Positions 9,922 to 18,007 of a stretch of 34,393 bases of DNA are shown here, piece by piece (the stretch's first letter is position 1; the number at the start of each line of letters is the position of its first letter). The DNA lies in contig DATDHP010000086.1 of assembly GCA_036521515.1 (NCBI GenBank), forward strand, positions 1-34,393, in the 5' to 3' direction. Below the pieces are notes generated by a model that was given only the letters and a program-made list of their open reading frames with translations, was not told the DNA's origin and did not search any database. Origin of the DNA: Vicinamibacterales bacterium (GTDB taxonomy: Bacteria; Acidobacteriota; Vicinamibacteria; Vicinamibacterales; UBA2999). Position numbers and translations under genes: made by a program.

Positions 9922-11529
9922 ATGGACGTTCTCGATTCCCACATTCGAGTCGACAGCCCGGAGTTCGCCGATAACCACGCGCGGATGACCCGCCTCGTCG
10001 AGGAGCTGAAGGAGCGGCTCAGTGCCGCGCGGCAGGGCGGCGGTCCGCGCGCGCTCCAGCGCCATCGCGATCAGGGGAAGCTGCCGGCACGGGACCGGAT
10101 CGAGCGGCTCCTCGATCAGGGCTCGCCTTTTCTGGAGCTTTCGCCGCTTGCCGCCTGGGAGATGTACGACAACGACGCCCCGGGCGCGGGGCTCGTGACC
10201 GGGCTCGGACGTGTGGCCGGCCGCGAGGTTCTGATCGTCGCCAACGACGCGACCGTCAAGGGAGGGACCTACTACCCGATGACGGTCAAGAAGCACCTGC
10301 GAGCACAGGAGGTGGCGCTCCAGAACCGTCTGCCCTGCGTGTATCTGGTGGACTCCGGCGGCGCCTTCCTGCCTCTGCAGGCCGACGTGTTTCCTGACGG
10401 CCAGCACTTCGGACGTATCTTCTTCAACCAGGCGCGCATGTCAGCCGAGGGGATCGCACAGGTGGCGGTCGTCATGGGCTCCTGCACAGCCGGTGGGGCA
10501 TACGTCCCGGCGATGTCCGACGAAACGATCATCGTCAAGGGGACCGGCACGATTTTCCTGGGCGGGCCGCCGCTCGTGAAGGCCGCGACCGGCGAAGAGG
10601 TCACCGCCGAAGAGTTGGGCGGCGCCGACGTCCATACCCGCATCTCAGGCGTCGCCGACTACATGGCGGAAGACGATGATCACGCGCTTCACCAGGCGCG
10701 GACGGTGATCTCAACCCTCAACAGAGTGAAGACGCTGCCCGGCGACCTCGTCTCGTCCGAAGAGCCGGCGTACGATCCGGCGGAAATTTACGGAATTGTA
10801 AACGCCGATGTCCGCAAGTCGTACGATGTCCGCGAGGTCCTCGCGAGGATCGTCGACGGATCGCGCTTCGACGAGTTCAAGGAGCGGTACGCGCCAACGA
10901 TCGTGACCGGCTTCGCGCGCCTCCACGGTTTTCTCGTCGGCATCGTCGCCAACAACGGGGTGCTGTTCTCTGAGTCGGCGCTCAAAGCGACGCATTTCAT
11001 CGAGCTCTGCAATGTGCGAGGGGTCCCGCTCGTGTTCCTGCAGAACATCACCGGCTTCATGGTCGGGCGTCAGTACGAGCGCGGCGGCATCGCGAAAGAC
11101 GGCGCCAAGATGGTGCACGCGGTGGCCAATTCCGTGGTCCCCAAGTTCACCGTCATCATCGGAGGCTCGTTCGGCGCCGGGAACTACGGCATGTGCGGGC
11201 GCGCGTACGAGCCACGCTTCCTCTGGATGTGGCCCAATGCACGGATCTCGGTCATGGGCGGCGAGCAGGCAGCGGGCGTACTGACCACGGTCAAGCGCGA
11301 TCAGCTGGCGCGCGAGGGCCAACCGCTCAGCGAGGAAGACGAAGAGGCCATTCGCCAGCCGATCCTCGAGAAGTACGAGCGCGAGGGGTCTCCCTACTAT
11401 TCCACTGCCCGCCTGTGGGACGACGGCATTCTCGACCCGGCGCAGACGCGGCACGCCCTGGCCCTCGGCTTGTCGGCCGCCTTCAACGCGCCGATCCTGC
11501 CGCCGAAGTTCGGGGTGTTCAGGATGTAG
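9922..11529 (+). CDS. mccB: methylcrotonyl-CoA carboxylase, carboxyltransferase (beta) subunit
   Basis: 535 aa from the ATG at 9922 ([15 protein letters not shown]...). Typical acyl-CoA carboxyltransferase blocks ([46 protein letters not shown]). Operon context with hydratase, biotin carboxylase and HMG-CoA lyase. Confidence 0.88.
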   Translation: MDVLDSHIRVDSPEFADNHARMTRLVEELKERLSAARQGGGPRALQRHRDQGKLPARDRIERLLDQGSPFLELSPLAAWEMYDNDAPGAGLVTGLGRVAGREVLIVANDATVKGGTYYPMTVKKHLRAQEVALQNRLPCVYLVDSGGAFLPLQADVFPDGQHFGRIFFNQARMSAEGIAQVAVVMGSCTAGGAYVPAMSDETIIVKGTGTIFLGGPPLVKAATGEEVTAEELGGADVHTRISGVADYMAEDDDHALHQARTVISTLNRVKTLPGDLVSSEEPAYDPAEIYGIVNADVRKSYDVREVLARIVDGSRFDEFKERYAPTIVTGFARLHGFLVGIVANNGVLFSESALKATHFIELCNVRGVPLVFLQNITGFMVGRQYERGGIAKDGAKMVHAVANSVVPKFTVIIGGSFGAGNYGMCGRAYEPRFLWMWPNARISVMGGEQAAGVLTTVKRDQLAREGQPLSEEDEEAIRQPILEKYEREGSPYYSTARLWDDGILDPAQTRHALALGLSAAFNAPILPPKFGVFRM

Positions 11530-11563
11530 CCACGGAGCGCACCGGGACGACATATGCCACGGA

Positions 11564-11619
11564 GAACACAGCGCGGCCGGAGGCCGCAACCAAAGATGAC
11601 TGTTCGCCGCGCTGTGTTC
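11564..11619. repeat. perfect 14-bp stem hairpin inside the liu operon spacer
   Basis: GAACACAGCGCGGC (11564-11577) pairs with GCCGCGCTGTGTTC (11606-11619), 28-nt loop. Preceded by the direct repeat GCCACGGAG x2. Confidence 0.7.
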
Positions 11620-11637
11620 GAGAACCTGTGCTGGCTA

Positions 11638-11692
11638 GTGACACTAACGCGCTTCTTTGCTGGAAAAACAAACTTCAGCGCGTTAGTGTCAC
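11638..11692. repeat. perfect 15-bp stem hairpin with AT-rich loop inside the liu operon spacer
   Basis: GTGACACTAACGCGC (11638-11652) pairs with GCGCGTTAGTGTCAC (11678-11692). The 25-nt loop is TTCTTTGCTGGAAAAACAAACTTCA. Confidence 0.7.
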
Positions 11693-11746
11693 AAAGACGT
11701 CATGACCACAAGGGCCGCGTCGTGTGTCATGAGTGGCGAGCGTGAC

Positions 11747-12535
11747 ATGGCTTACGATTTCATCCAGGTACGCCGCGAGGGTCCTGTCGAGTACGTCACT
11801 CTCAACCGCCCTGACGTCCGCAATGCTTTCAACGAGCAGGTCATCGACGAGATCACGCGGTGGGCGGCCGCCGTGGCTGCCGATGACCAGGTCCGCGTCG
11901 CCGTGCTGGCCGGCGCGGGCAAGGCGTTCTGCGCGGGCGCCGACCTGACGTGGATGTCGCGCATGGTGTCGTACACCCATGACGAAAACGTGCAGGACGC
12001 CTCGGCGATGGCCAAGATGTATGCGAGCCTCGATCATCTGCCGATCGCGCTCGTGGGCCGTGTCCACGGCGCCGCGCTCGGTGGCGGCGCCGGCCTCGTC
12101 GCCGTCTGCGATATCGTCGTCGCCGGGGAGCAGGCGACGTTCGGGTTCACCGAGGTGAAGGTCGGGATCGTGCCCGCCGTCATCTCGCCGTACGTGCTGA
12201 CGAAGGTGGGCATGTCCGCGACGCGCGAGCTGTTCCTCACCGGAATGCGCTTCGATGCGGCGCGGGCAAAAGAGATTGGATTGGTGCATGCGGTCGCGCA
12301 GGAGGCGCAGCTCGACGCCTGTATTGGCAGGTACGTCTCGGAGCTCCTCACGGCCGCCCCGGGCGCGATTTCCACGGTGAAAGAGCTGCTGCGGAAAGTG
12401 TGGGGCCGGCCAGTGCAGGACACGATGGGGATCACCACCGACACGATCGCCGCCCGGCGCGTGTCGGAGGAAGGCCAGGAGGGCATGAAAGCGTTCCTGG
12501 AGAAGCGGAAACCGAATTGGACGGTCACCCGATGA
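11747..12535 (+). CDS. liuC: enoyl-CoA hydratase family; methylglutaconyl-CoA hydratase by context
   Basis: Crotonase signature (LNRPDVRNAF, AGAGKAFCAGADL, GAALGGGAGL). Located between mccB and mccA. Confidence 0.8.
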   Translation: MAYDFIQVRREGPVEYVTLNRPDVRNAFNEQVIDEITRWAAAVAADDQVRVAVLAGAGKAFCAGADLTWMSRMVSYTHDENVQDASAMAKMYASLDHLPIALVGRVHGAALGGGAGLVAVCDIVVAGEQATFGFTEVKVGIVPAVISPYVLTKVGMSATRELFLTGMRFDAARAKEIGLVHAVAQEAQLDACIGRYVSELLTAAPGAISTVKELLRKVWGRPVQDTMGITTDTIAARRVSEEGQEGMKAFLEKRKPNWTVTR

Positions 12536-12556
12536 TTGACCGTCGGCCACTGAGAC

Positions 12557-12709
12557 GGCCCGCGGAGACGCGGCGACGCGGAGCGAGACTGGTTGTCGGG
12601 TGCCGCTCGCGCGCGCCCGGGATTCAATGGCTGCTGTTTCTCGGTCCGGCTGCAATCGGCCCCCACCACAGAACCACAAAACCTCCGCGTTTCCGCGTCT
12701 CCGCGGCCC
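12557..12709. repeat. Family-2 inverted repeat (27-nt arms, about 100-nt spacer) between liuC and mccA
   Basis: GGCCCGCGGAGACGCGGCGACGCGGAG (12557-12583) faces CTCCGCGTTTCCGCGTCTCCGCGGCCC (12683-12709), about 24/27 complementary. Shares a 20-mer with 6352-6371. Confidence 0.75.
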
Positions 12710-12719
12710 GTGACGGCAG

Positions 12720-14219
12720 ATGTTGCGTCGCATCCTGATCGCCAATCGTGGCGAGATTGCGGTGCGCGTCATTCGTGCGTGCCGGGAGCTCGGAATCGAG
12801 TCCGTGGCCGTCTACTCCGACGCGGATGCGCAGGCGCTGCACGCATCGCTTGCCGACCACGCCGTGCGGATCGGACCCGCGGCGCCGTCGGAAAGCTACC
12901 TGCTCGTCGAAGCGATCCTGGCCGCCGCCCGCGCGACGAAGGCGGACGCCATTCATCCCGGCTACGGTTTCCTGTCGGAGAACGCCGCGTTCGCGCATGC
13001 GTGCGAGCAGGCGGGGATCGTCTTTGTCGGTCCGCCGGGAGACGCCATCGAGCGGATGGGCTCGAAGATTGCGGCGCGCGAGATCGCGCACCGCGCCGGG
13101 GTGCCGGTAGTGCCGGGCTCCATCCCCGCGGATCAGTCCGACGGAGCCATTGCGGGTGCGGCACACGTCCTCGGCTTCCCCGTCCTGCTGAAACCATCGG
13201 CCGGCGGCGGCGGGATCGGGATGAAAGCGGTCCGGGAGGAGGCGGCCTTGCTGCCGTCGATTGCGCAGGCTCGCCGGGAGGCGTCAGCCGCGTTTGGCAA
13301 TGACACGCTCTACGTCGAGCGGCTGGTCGAGCAGCCGCGGCACGTCGAGATTCAGGTGATCGCCGACGCCCACGGACAGGTGCTCCACCTCTTCGAGCGC
13401 GAATGCTCCATCCAGCGGCGCCACCAGAAGATCGTCGAGGAGTCGCCGTCGGTCGCGTTGACGCCGGCACTGCGCGCGCGAATGGGAGAGGCGGCGGTCC
13501 GCGTGGCGCGCGCGGCGGGGTACCGCAATGCGGGGACGATCGAGTTCCTGCTCGATGGCGCCGGTGACGCCGCGAGGTTCTATTTCCTCGAGATGAACAC
13601 GCGCCTGCAGGTCGAGCACCCGGTCACCGAGCAGGTGACCGGCGTCGACCTCGTGCGCGCACAGATAGCCGTGGCGTCCGGCGAGAGGCTGCCGTGGTCA
13701 CAGGCGGAGATCGCGCAGCGCGGCCACGCGATCGAGGTGCGGGTCTACGCGGAGGATCCGTCGCGGAACGACCTGCCGCAGGCCGGCCCCCTGCTCCTCT
13801 ATCGAGAGCCGGTCATGCCGGGCATCCGGGTGGATGCCGGCGTCGTCGAGGGCGGTCAGATCAGCGTTCACTACGACCCGATGATCGCCAAGCTCATCGC
13901 GTCGGGAGACACGCGGGACGCCGCGCGCAGGCGCGCGCTTGCCGCGCTGCGCAGCTATCCCATCCTGGGGATCCGGACGAACGTGCCGTTCCTCATCGCC
14001 CTGCTCGAGCATCCGCGCTTCGTCAGCGGCGAGCTCGACACGCACTTCCTCGACCGCGAAGGGGCGGCGCTTCGGTCTGCGCTCGCGACGGAACCTCCAG
14101 CAGAAGTGCTGGCCATCGCCGATGCCCTTCTGCCGGGCGTAGAGGCCGACCTTCGGGTCGGCCAGGATGCTGGACGTGATGCCGATCCCTGGAGCGCGTT
14201 GCAGAATGTCCGCGTCTAA
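12720..14219 (+). CDS. mccA: methylcrotonyl-CoA carboxylase alpha subunit, biotin-carboxylase part only (499 aa)
   Basis: MLRRILIANRGEIAVRVIRACRELGI start, ATP-grasp blocks (GFPVLLKPSAGGGGIGMK, EMNTRLQVEHPVTE). Ends ...DPWSALQNVRV-TAA, without a biotinyl domain. Confidence 0.9.
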   Translation: MLRRILIANRGEIAVRVIRACRELGIESVAVYSDADAQALHASLADHAVRIGPAAPSESYLLVEAILAAARATKADAIHPGYGFLSENAAFAHACEQAGIVFVGPPGDAIERMGSKIAAREIAHRAGVPVVPGSIPADQSDGAIAGAAHVLGFPVLLKPSAGGGGIGMKAVREEAALLPSIAQARREASAAFGNDTLYVERLVEQPRHVEIQVIADAHGQVLHLFERECSIQRRHQKIVEESPSVALTPALRARMGEAAVRVARAAGYRNAGTIEFLLDGAGDAARFYFLEMNTRLQVEHPVTEQVTGVDLVRAQIAVASGERLPWSQAEIAQRGHAIEVRVYAEDPSRNDLPQAGPLLLYREPVMPGIRVDAGVVEGGQISVHYDPMIAKLIASGDTRDAARRRALAALRSYPILGIRTNVPFLIALLEHPRFVSGELDTHFLDREGAALRSALATEPPAEVLAIADALLPGVEADLRVGQDAGRDADPWSALQNVRV

Positions 14220-14604
14220 CGTCCGGGTCACATCGCTTGGCGGGGGCCGGTACCGCGTGAACGACGGTACGCGGCAATGGCTGGCCCATGGCGTCGCCGC
14301 GGGAGACGCCCGTTGGGTTTTTTTCGATGGGGGCGTGTACCTGATCGACGCGGCGCCTCCTGCGCGTCGGAAGGCGCGTCACAGCCACGATGAGACCGCG
14401 CTCGCCTCGCCCATGCCGGCGACCGTCGTGATGATTAACGTGCAGCCCGGCCAGCGGGTCGCGCAGGGAGATCTGTTGATCATGCTCGAGGCCATGAAGA
14501 TGGAGTTGCCGATCAAGGCGCCCCGGGATGGACGCGTCAACGCGGTCACCTGCCGCCGGGGCGAGCTCGTGCAGCCGGGTGTTCCGCTCCTGGACTTCGA
14601 GTGA
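14206..14604 (+). CDS. biotin carboxyl carrier (BT-linker + biotinyl domain) ORF in the +1 frame; the detached C-terminal part of mccA
   Basis: Biotinylation motif EAMKME in ...GDLLIMLEAMKMELPIKAPRDG.... The ATG at 14206 overlaps the end of the biotin-carboxylase ORF by 14 nt. The start is uncertain (14167 and 14179 are also possible), and the split itself may be a frameshift. Confidence 0.7.
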   Translation: MSASNVRVTSLGGGRYRVNDGTRQWLAHGVAAGDARWVFFDGGVYLIDAAPPARRKARHSHDETALASPMPATVVMINVQPGQRVAQGDLLIMLEAMKMELPIKAPRDGRVNAVTCRRGELVQPGVPLLDFE

Positions 14605-15515
14605 TCGGGCTCCCTGCGCGCGTCCAGATCGTCGAGGTTGGCCCGAGAGACGGGCTTCAGAACGAACCGGCGACGATCCCGGTCGCCGAGAAGATCGCCT
14701 TCGTGAACCGCCTCGCCGAGGCAGGTCACTCCGTGATCGAGGTCGGCGCGTTCGTCAGCCCGAAGTGGGTGCCGCAGATGGCCGGCACGGCGGATGTGTT
14801 TGCAGGCATTGCACGACGGCCCGGCGTGCGCTACACCGCGCTCGTGCCGAACCTCGCCGGACTCGAGCGCGCACAGGCGGCGAACGTCGAGGAGGTGGCC
14901 ATCTTTCCGGCGGCATCCGAAACGTTCAGCCGGCGCAACCTGAACCAGAGCATCGAGGAGGTGCTGGCGGCGGCTCGCACCGTCTGCGATGCGGCGCGTT
15001 CGGCGGGCCAGCGAGTGCGCGGCTACCTGTCCACCTGCTTCGGATGTCCGTTCGAGGGCACGGTGTCGGCCGAAACCGTGTCGGAATTGACCTCACGCCT
15101 CCTCGACATGGGCGCCTACGAGGTCGCGCTGAGCGACACGATCGGCGTGGCCCATCCCGCCCAGGTGCACCAGGTCATCGCAACGGTCACGAGGCGCGCG
15201 CCAATCGACGTGCTGGCGCTTCACCTGCACGATACGCGCGGAACGGCGCTCGTCAACGTTTATGCCGGGCTGGAAGCGGGCGTCACCACCTTCGACACGG
15301 CCGCCGGCGGGCTTGGCGGCTGCCCCTACGCGCCGGGGGCGACTGGAAATCTGGCAACCGAGGACCTCGTCTACATGCTGGACGGGCTCGCCATCGTGAC
15401 AGGCGTGCGCCTCGGTGGCATCATCGAGGCATCACGGAAGATCGAGCCGCACGTCGGCCATCCGCTGCCCTCGCGCTTGTTCCGCGCCGCGCAGGCGGGC
15501 ACGGCGGCTCGTTGA
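14601..15515 (+). CDS. liuE: hydroxymethylglutaryl-CoA lyase
   Basis: VEVGPRDGLQNE signature, FVSPKWVPQMA, and later DTIGVAHP and GLGGCPYAPGATGN blocks. The GTG start overlaps the previous TGA (GTGA). Confidence 0.9.
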   Translation: MIGLPARVQIVEVGPRDGLQNEPATIPVAEKIAFVNRLAEAGHSVIEVGAFVSPKWVPQMAGTADVFAGIARRPGVRYTALVPNLAGLERAQAANVEEVAIFPAASETFSRRNLNQSIEEVLAAARTVCDAARSAGQRVRGYLSTCFGCPFEGTVSAETVSELTSRLLDMGAYEVALSDTIGVAHPAQVHQVIATVTRRAPIDVLALHLHDTRGTALVNVYAGLEAGVTTFDTAAGGLGGCPYAPGATGNLATEDLVYMLDGLAIVTGVRLGGIIEASRKIEPHVGHPLPSRLFRAAQAGTAAR

Positions 15516-15518
15516 CCA

Positions 15519-15911
15519 ATGTCTGTTACTACCTCGACTACGACCGCGGAGCCGACGGCCCAGGACATCGACAAGGTCGTCAACGAGCTGGAGAAATCCT
15601 GGCCTGCCACGATCACGGTGAGGCGCAAGTCCAGGGAGGACGTCGGCTATCGTGATATCTACGTTGCGCTCGATGGCAAACAGATTGCCATCCTGCACGC
15701 CGGCGACGAAGTCAGCCGGGATGTCAAGCCCGGGCCCCATCGCCTGAAGGCGCACAATACGCTCTTCAGGAAAACGGCCGACGTGACGCTCGGTCCCGGC
15801 GAGCGCGCGACATTCAACGTGGTCAACAAGGCGGGCTTCGGCACTTACTCGGTCCTCGCGTTCTTCCTCGGCGGCGGGCCGTTGTATCTGACGCTGGAGC
15901 GCGAGTCCTAG
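15519..15911 (+). CDS. hypothetical protein (130 aa), beta-rich with C-terminal hydrophobic segment
   Basis: ATG lies 4 nt after the liuE stop. Strong GC3 bias. No recognised motif. Confidence 0.6.
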   Translation: MSVTTSTTTAEPTAQDIDKVVNELEKSWPATITVRRKSREDVGYRDIYVALDGKQIAILHAGDEVSRDVKPGPHRLKAHNTLFRKTADVTLGPGERATFNVVNKAGFGTYSVLAFFLGGGPLYLTLERES

Positions 15912-15912
15912 G

Positions 15913-16188
15913 ATGCCTGAAGCGCTGGATCCCGAGCTGGCCGTGCTCTTGACGGACCTCGTCGAGAAGATCGGCCTCCTTCGCCGCGACTTGCAGCAGA
16001 GGGGTGACCTGGAGAGGTACGAAGCACGGGTGGCGCGAATCGAACAGAAGTTTTCGGCGCTGGCCGAGCGGATTTCGCGTTCCGATCCCGACCTCGCCAA
16101 GCGGCTGCGGACGGCGTGGCAACTCCCGGCGCGCAGCCTCGCCTTCCGCAACGCCGCGCATCAGAAGGAGCTGAAAGACCAGTCATGA
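15913..16188 (+). CDS. hypothetical coiled-coil protein (91 aa)
   Basis: ATG lies 2 nt after the previous stop. Heptad-like charged sequence. GC3 bias. Confidence 0.5.
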   Translation: MPEALDPELAVLLTDLVEKIGLLRRDLQQRGDLERYEARVARIEQKFSALAERISRSDPDLAKRLRTAWQLPARSLAFRNAAHQKELKDQS

Positions 16189-16220
16189 CGCGCAGTTCGG
16201 TGGTCCAGCAGATTCTGCAA

Positions 16221-16262
16221 TCCGGTTCCCGGATCCCGGTTTCCCCGATCCCGGCTTCCCGT
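16221..16262. repeat. tandem degenerate heptamers (CCGGNTC) with no complementary arm
   Basis: CCGGTTC CCGGATC CCGGTTTC CCCGATC CCGGCTTC CCG, lying between convergent gene ends. Confidence 0.6.
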
Positions 16263-17348
16263 CTACCGCTCCCAGCTACCTCGCGCCCATTTCAGGAACT
16301 TCTCTTCGCTCCAGTAGTTCACGATGCGGTCTTCCGGGATCCCGGCGAGTCTGGCGTGCGCGATGGCGATCTCGGCGAACTCGAGCTCCGGGTTGGAGTG
16401 GGCGTCGCTGTCGAGCGCGAAGATGCAGCCCAGTGGCAGCGCCCGTGCCGCGAGGACGTAGTGCACGTCCTGCCGGTCCCATGACCCGTCAATCTCGATC
16501 GCGACCTGGCGCCGCGCGGCCAGCGCGAACACCCGGTCCCAGTCGGCGCTCACCCCGGGCCTGACGTTGTAACGTCGTCCCATGGGATGACCGAGAATGC
16601 AGACGCCCGGCTGTGACACCGCTCCCACCATGCGGTCGGTCTGGTCGATCGACTTTCGCAGCAGCGAATGGGGCGACGCCACGACGAATTCGAACCGCCG
16701 CAGCTCTTCGGGCTCCATGTCCACGGTTCCGTCACCGCGGATATTCGCCTCGATCCCCTTGAAGATGCGGAACCGTCCCCGGTACTTCTCGTTCAACCCG
16801 TCGATCGCCGAATGCTGCTGCACCGCCCGCTCCATCGTCATGCCACCGGCGATCGGGAGGCCGTACGAGTGGTCGGTGATCCCGGCGCAGCGCTCGCCCC
16901 GCTCGAGGCAGGCCTCGACGATGGAGTCGAGCGCTTCGGAGCCGTCGCTCCACACGGAGTGCATCTGGAAGTCGCCGCGATACTTCGTGCGCGAGGGTAC
17001 GCCGCGGCGCGACATGATCTCGCGGACCGCCGCGCGACTGAGAAAGTGCTGGCGGAGACCCCGCAGCTTTGCGACCTCCTCCTCCTTGCCCGCCTCTCGC
17101 ACGGCGCGCTCGACAAACGACGACTTTCCTTCGTGAATCAACTCGCGCGCGAGCCGATCGGTGGTCGGACCGATGCCGGGCACCGCCTTGAAAGTGTTCG
17201 CGTGCACGAGCGGCGTGATGTGCCTGTCGAGACGGAGGACCGCCTTGGCGGCGCGCTTGTAGCCCCATCCGCGCTGGCTGTCGCCCGCGACGGCCGCCAT
17301 GTCGAAGAGCAATCCCGCCAGGTCGAGGTTGACGTCGGACATGCTCAT
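16263..17348 (-). CDS. PHP-domain phosphoesterase with PolX-like helix-hairpin-helix N-terminal region, lacking a polymerase core
   Basis: PHP metal motifs (GDFQMHSVWSDG, GITDHS, GIEANI, ASPHS, GHP, DSDAHS). N-terminal FKAVPGIGPTTDRLAREL HhH-like segment. Start uncertain (ATG at 17348 or 17342; the longest ORF reaches 17405). Confidence 0.7.
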   Translation of the reverse strand: MSMSDVNLDLAGLLFDMAAVAGDSQRGWGYKRAAKAVLRLDRHITPLVHANTFKAVPGIGPTTDRLARELIHEGKSSFVERAVREAGKEEEVAKLRGLRQHFLSRAAVREIMSRRGVPSRTKYRGDFQMHSVWSDGSEALDSIVEACLERGERCAGITDHSYGLPIAGGMTMERAVQQHSAIDGLNEKYRGRFRIFKGIEANIRGDGTVDMEPEELRRFEFVVASPHSLLRKSIDQTDRMVGAVSQPGVCILGHPMGRRYNVRPGVSADWDRVFALAARRQVAIEIDGSWDRQDVHYVLAARALPLGCIFALDSDAHSNPELEFAEIAIAHARLAGIPEDRIVNYWSEEKFLKWARGSWER

Positions 17349-17394
17349 CGCTGCAATCGATGCTCCTTCCCGCATTATCATCAGCCCTTCACGT

Positions 17395-17464
17395 CCACGA
17401 ACCACAGAGACACAGAGTCACCGAGAAAATCAACCTCTGAGTCTCGTGCCTCTGTGGTTCGTGG
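17395..17464. repeat. imperfect hairpin (CACAGAG-type 7-8-nt words) in a divergent promoter region
   Basis: CCACGAACCACAGAGACACAGAGTCACCGAG (17395-17425) faces CCTCTGAGTCTCGTGCCTCTGTGGTTCGTGG (17434-17464). The outer 15 bp pair perfectly and the next 4 have one mismatch. Confidence 0.7.
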
Positions 17465-17489
17465 TTCAACTACGACCGGAGGAGTTCGA

Positions 17490-17933
17490 ATGGCTACGTT
17501 CGCGCGGAATGTTGATGTGGAGTGGACCGGAGGGTTGATGGACGGCAACGGGGTCGCGAAGGCCGGCACCGGGGCGTTCTCGCTGCCCGTGACCTTCCCC
17601 AGCCGGATTGGCGAGAAGGGCGACGGCAAGACGACGCCAGAGGAGCTGCTCGCCGGCTCACATGGAGTGTGTTATGCGATGGTCCTGACCAACACCATCG
17701 GGAAACAGGGCGGCAAGGTGAAGAGGCTCCGTGTTACCTGCACCGTCACCGCCGACAAGAGCGACGCGGGCATCAAGGTCGTCTCGTCGCAGCTCGAGGC
17801 GGTCGTCGAAGGCCTCGAAGGTATCGACAAGTCCAGGATCCAAGAGCTGGCCACCGGCGCCGAAAAGGGCTGTCCCATCTCGAACGCGATTCGTGGATCG
17901 GTGAATATCACGGTGGAAGCGCAAGCTCTGTAG
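17490..17933 (+). CDS. osmC: OsmC family peroxiredoxin
   Basis: 147 aa. The two conserved Cys contexts are present (GSHGVCYAM and AEKGCPISNA). GGAGG sits 8 nt upstream of the ATG. Confidence 0.88.
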   Translation: MATFARNVDVEWTGGLMDGNGVAKAGTGAFSLPVTFPSRIGEKGDGKTTPEELLAGSHGVCYAMVLTNTIGKQGGKVKRLRVTCTVTADKSDAGIKVVSSQLEAVVEGLEGIDKSRIQELATGAEKGCPISNAIRGSVNITVEAQAL

Positions 17934-17946
17934 TTGAAATCACGTG

Positions 17947-17992
17947 GCGCGGACCTTTACGGTCCGCGCTGGCGAGCCGTAAAAGGCTCGCC
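17947..17992. terminator. two tandem hairpins between convergent osmC and the esterase gene
   Basis: GCGCGGACC-TTTAC-GGTCCGCGC (17947-17969) and GGCGAGCC-GTAAAA-GGCTCGCC (17971-17992). The first resembles the family-1 core GGCGGACC-TTCA-GGTCCGCC. Confidence 0.6.
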
Positions 17993-18007
17993 CCACATCG
18001 TGGACAT

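Noticed and set aside
14160-14230. Programmed +1 ribosomal frameshift joining the two mccA parts
   Set aside because: I could see no recognisable slippery or stall motif at the junction. A 13-nt duplication, a gene fission or a sequencing error explains the frame change more simply. It cannot be excluded without experiment.
16668-17933. 421-aa plus-strand ORF ending at the osmC stop
   Set aside because: Its first roughly 270 aa are antisense to the PHP gene. The OsmC domain begins at the ATG at 17490, which has a GGAGG site.
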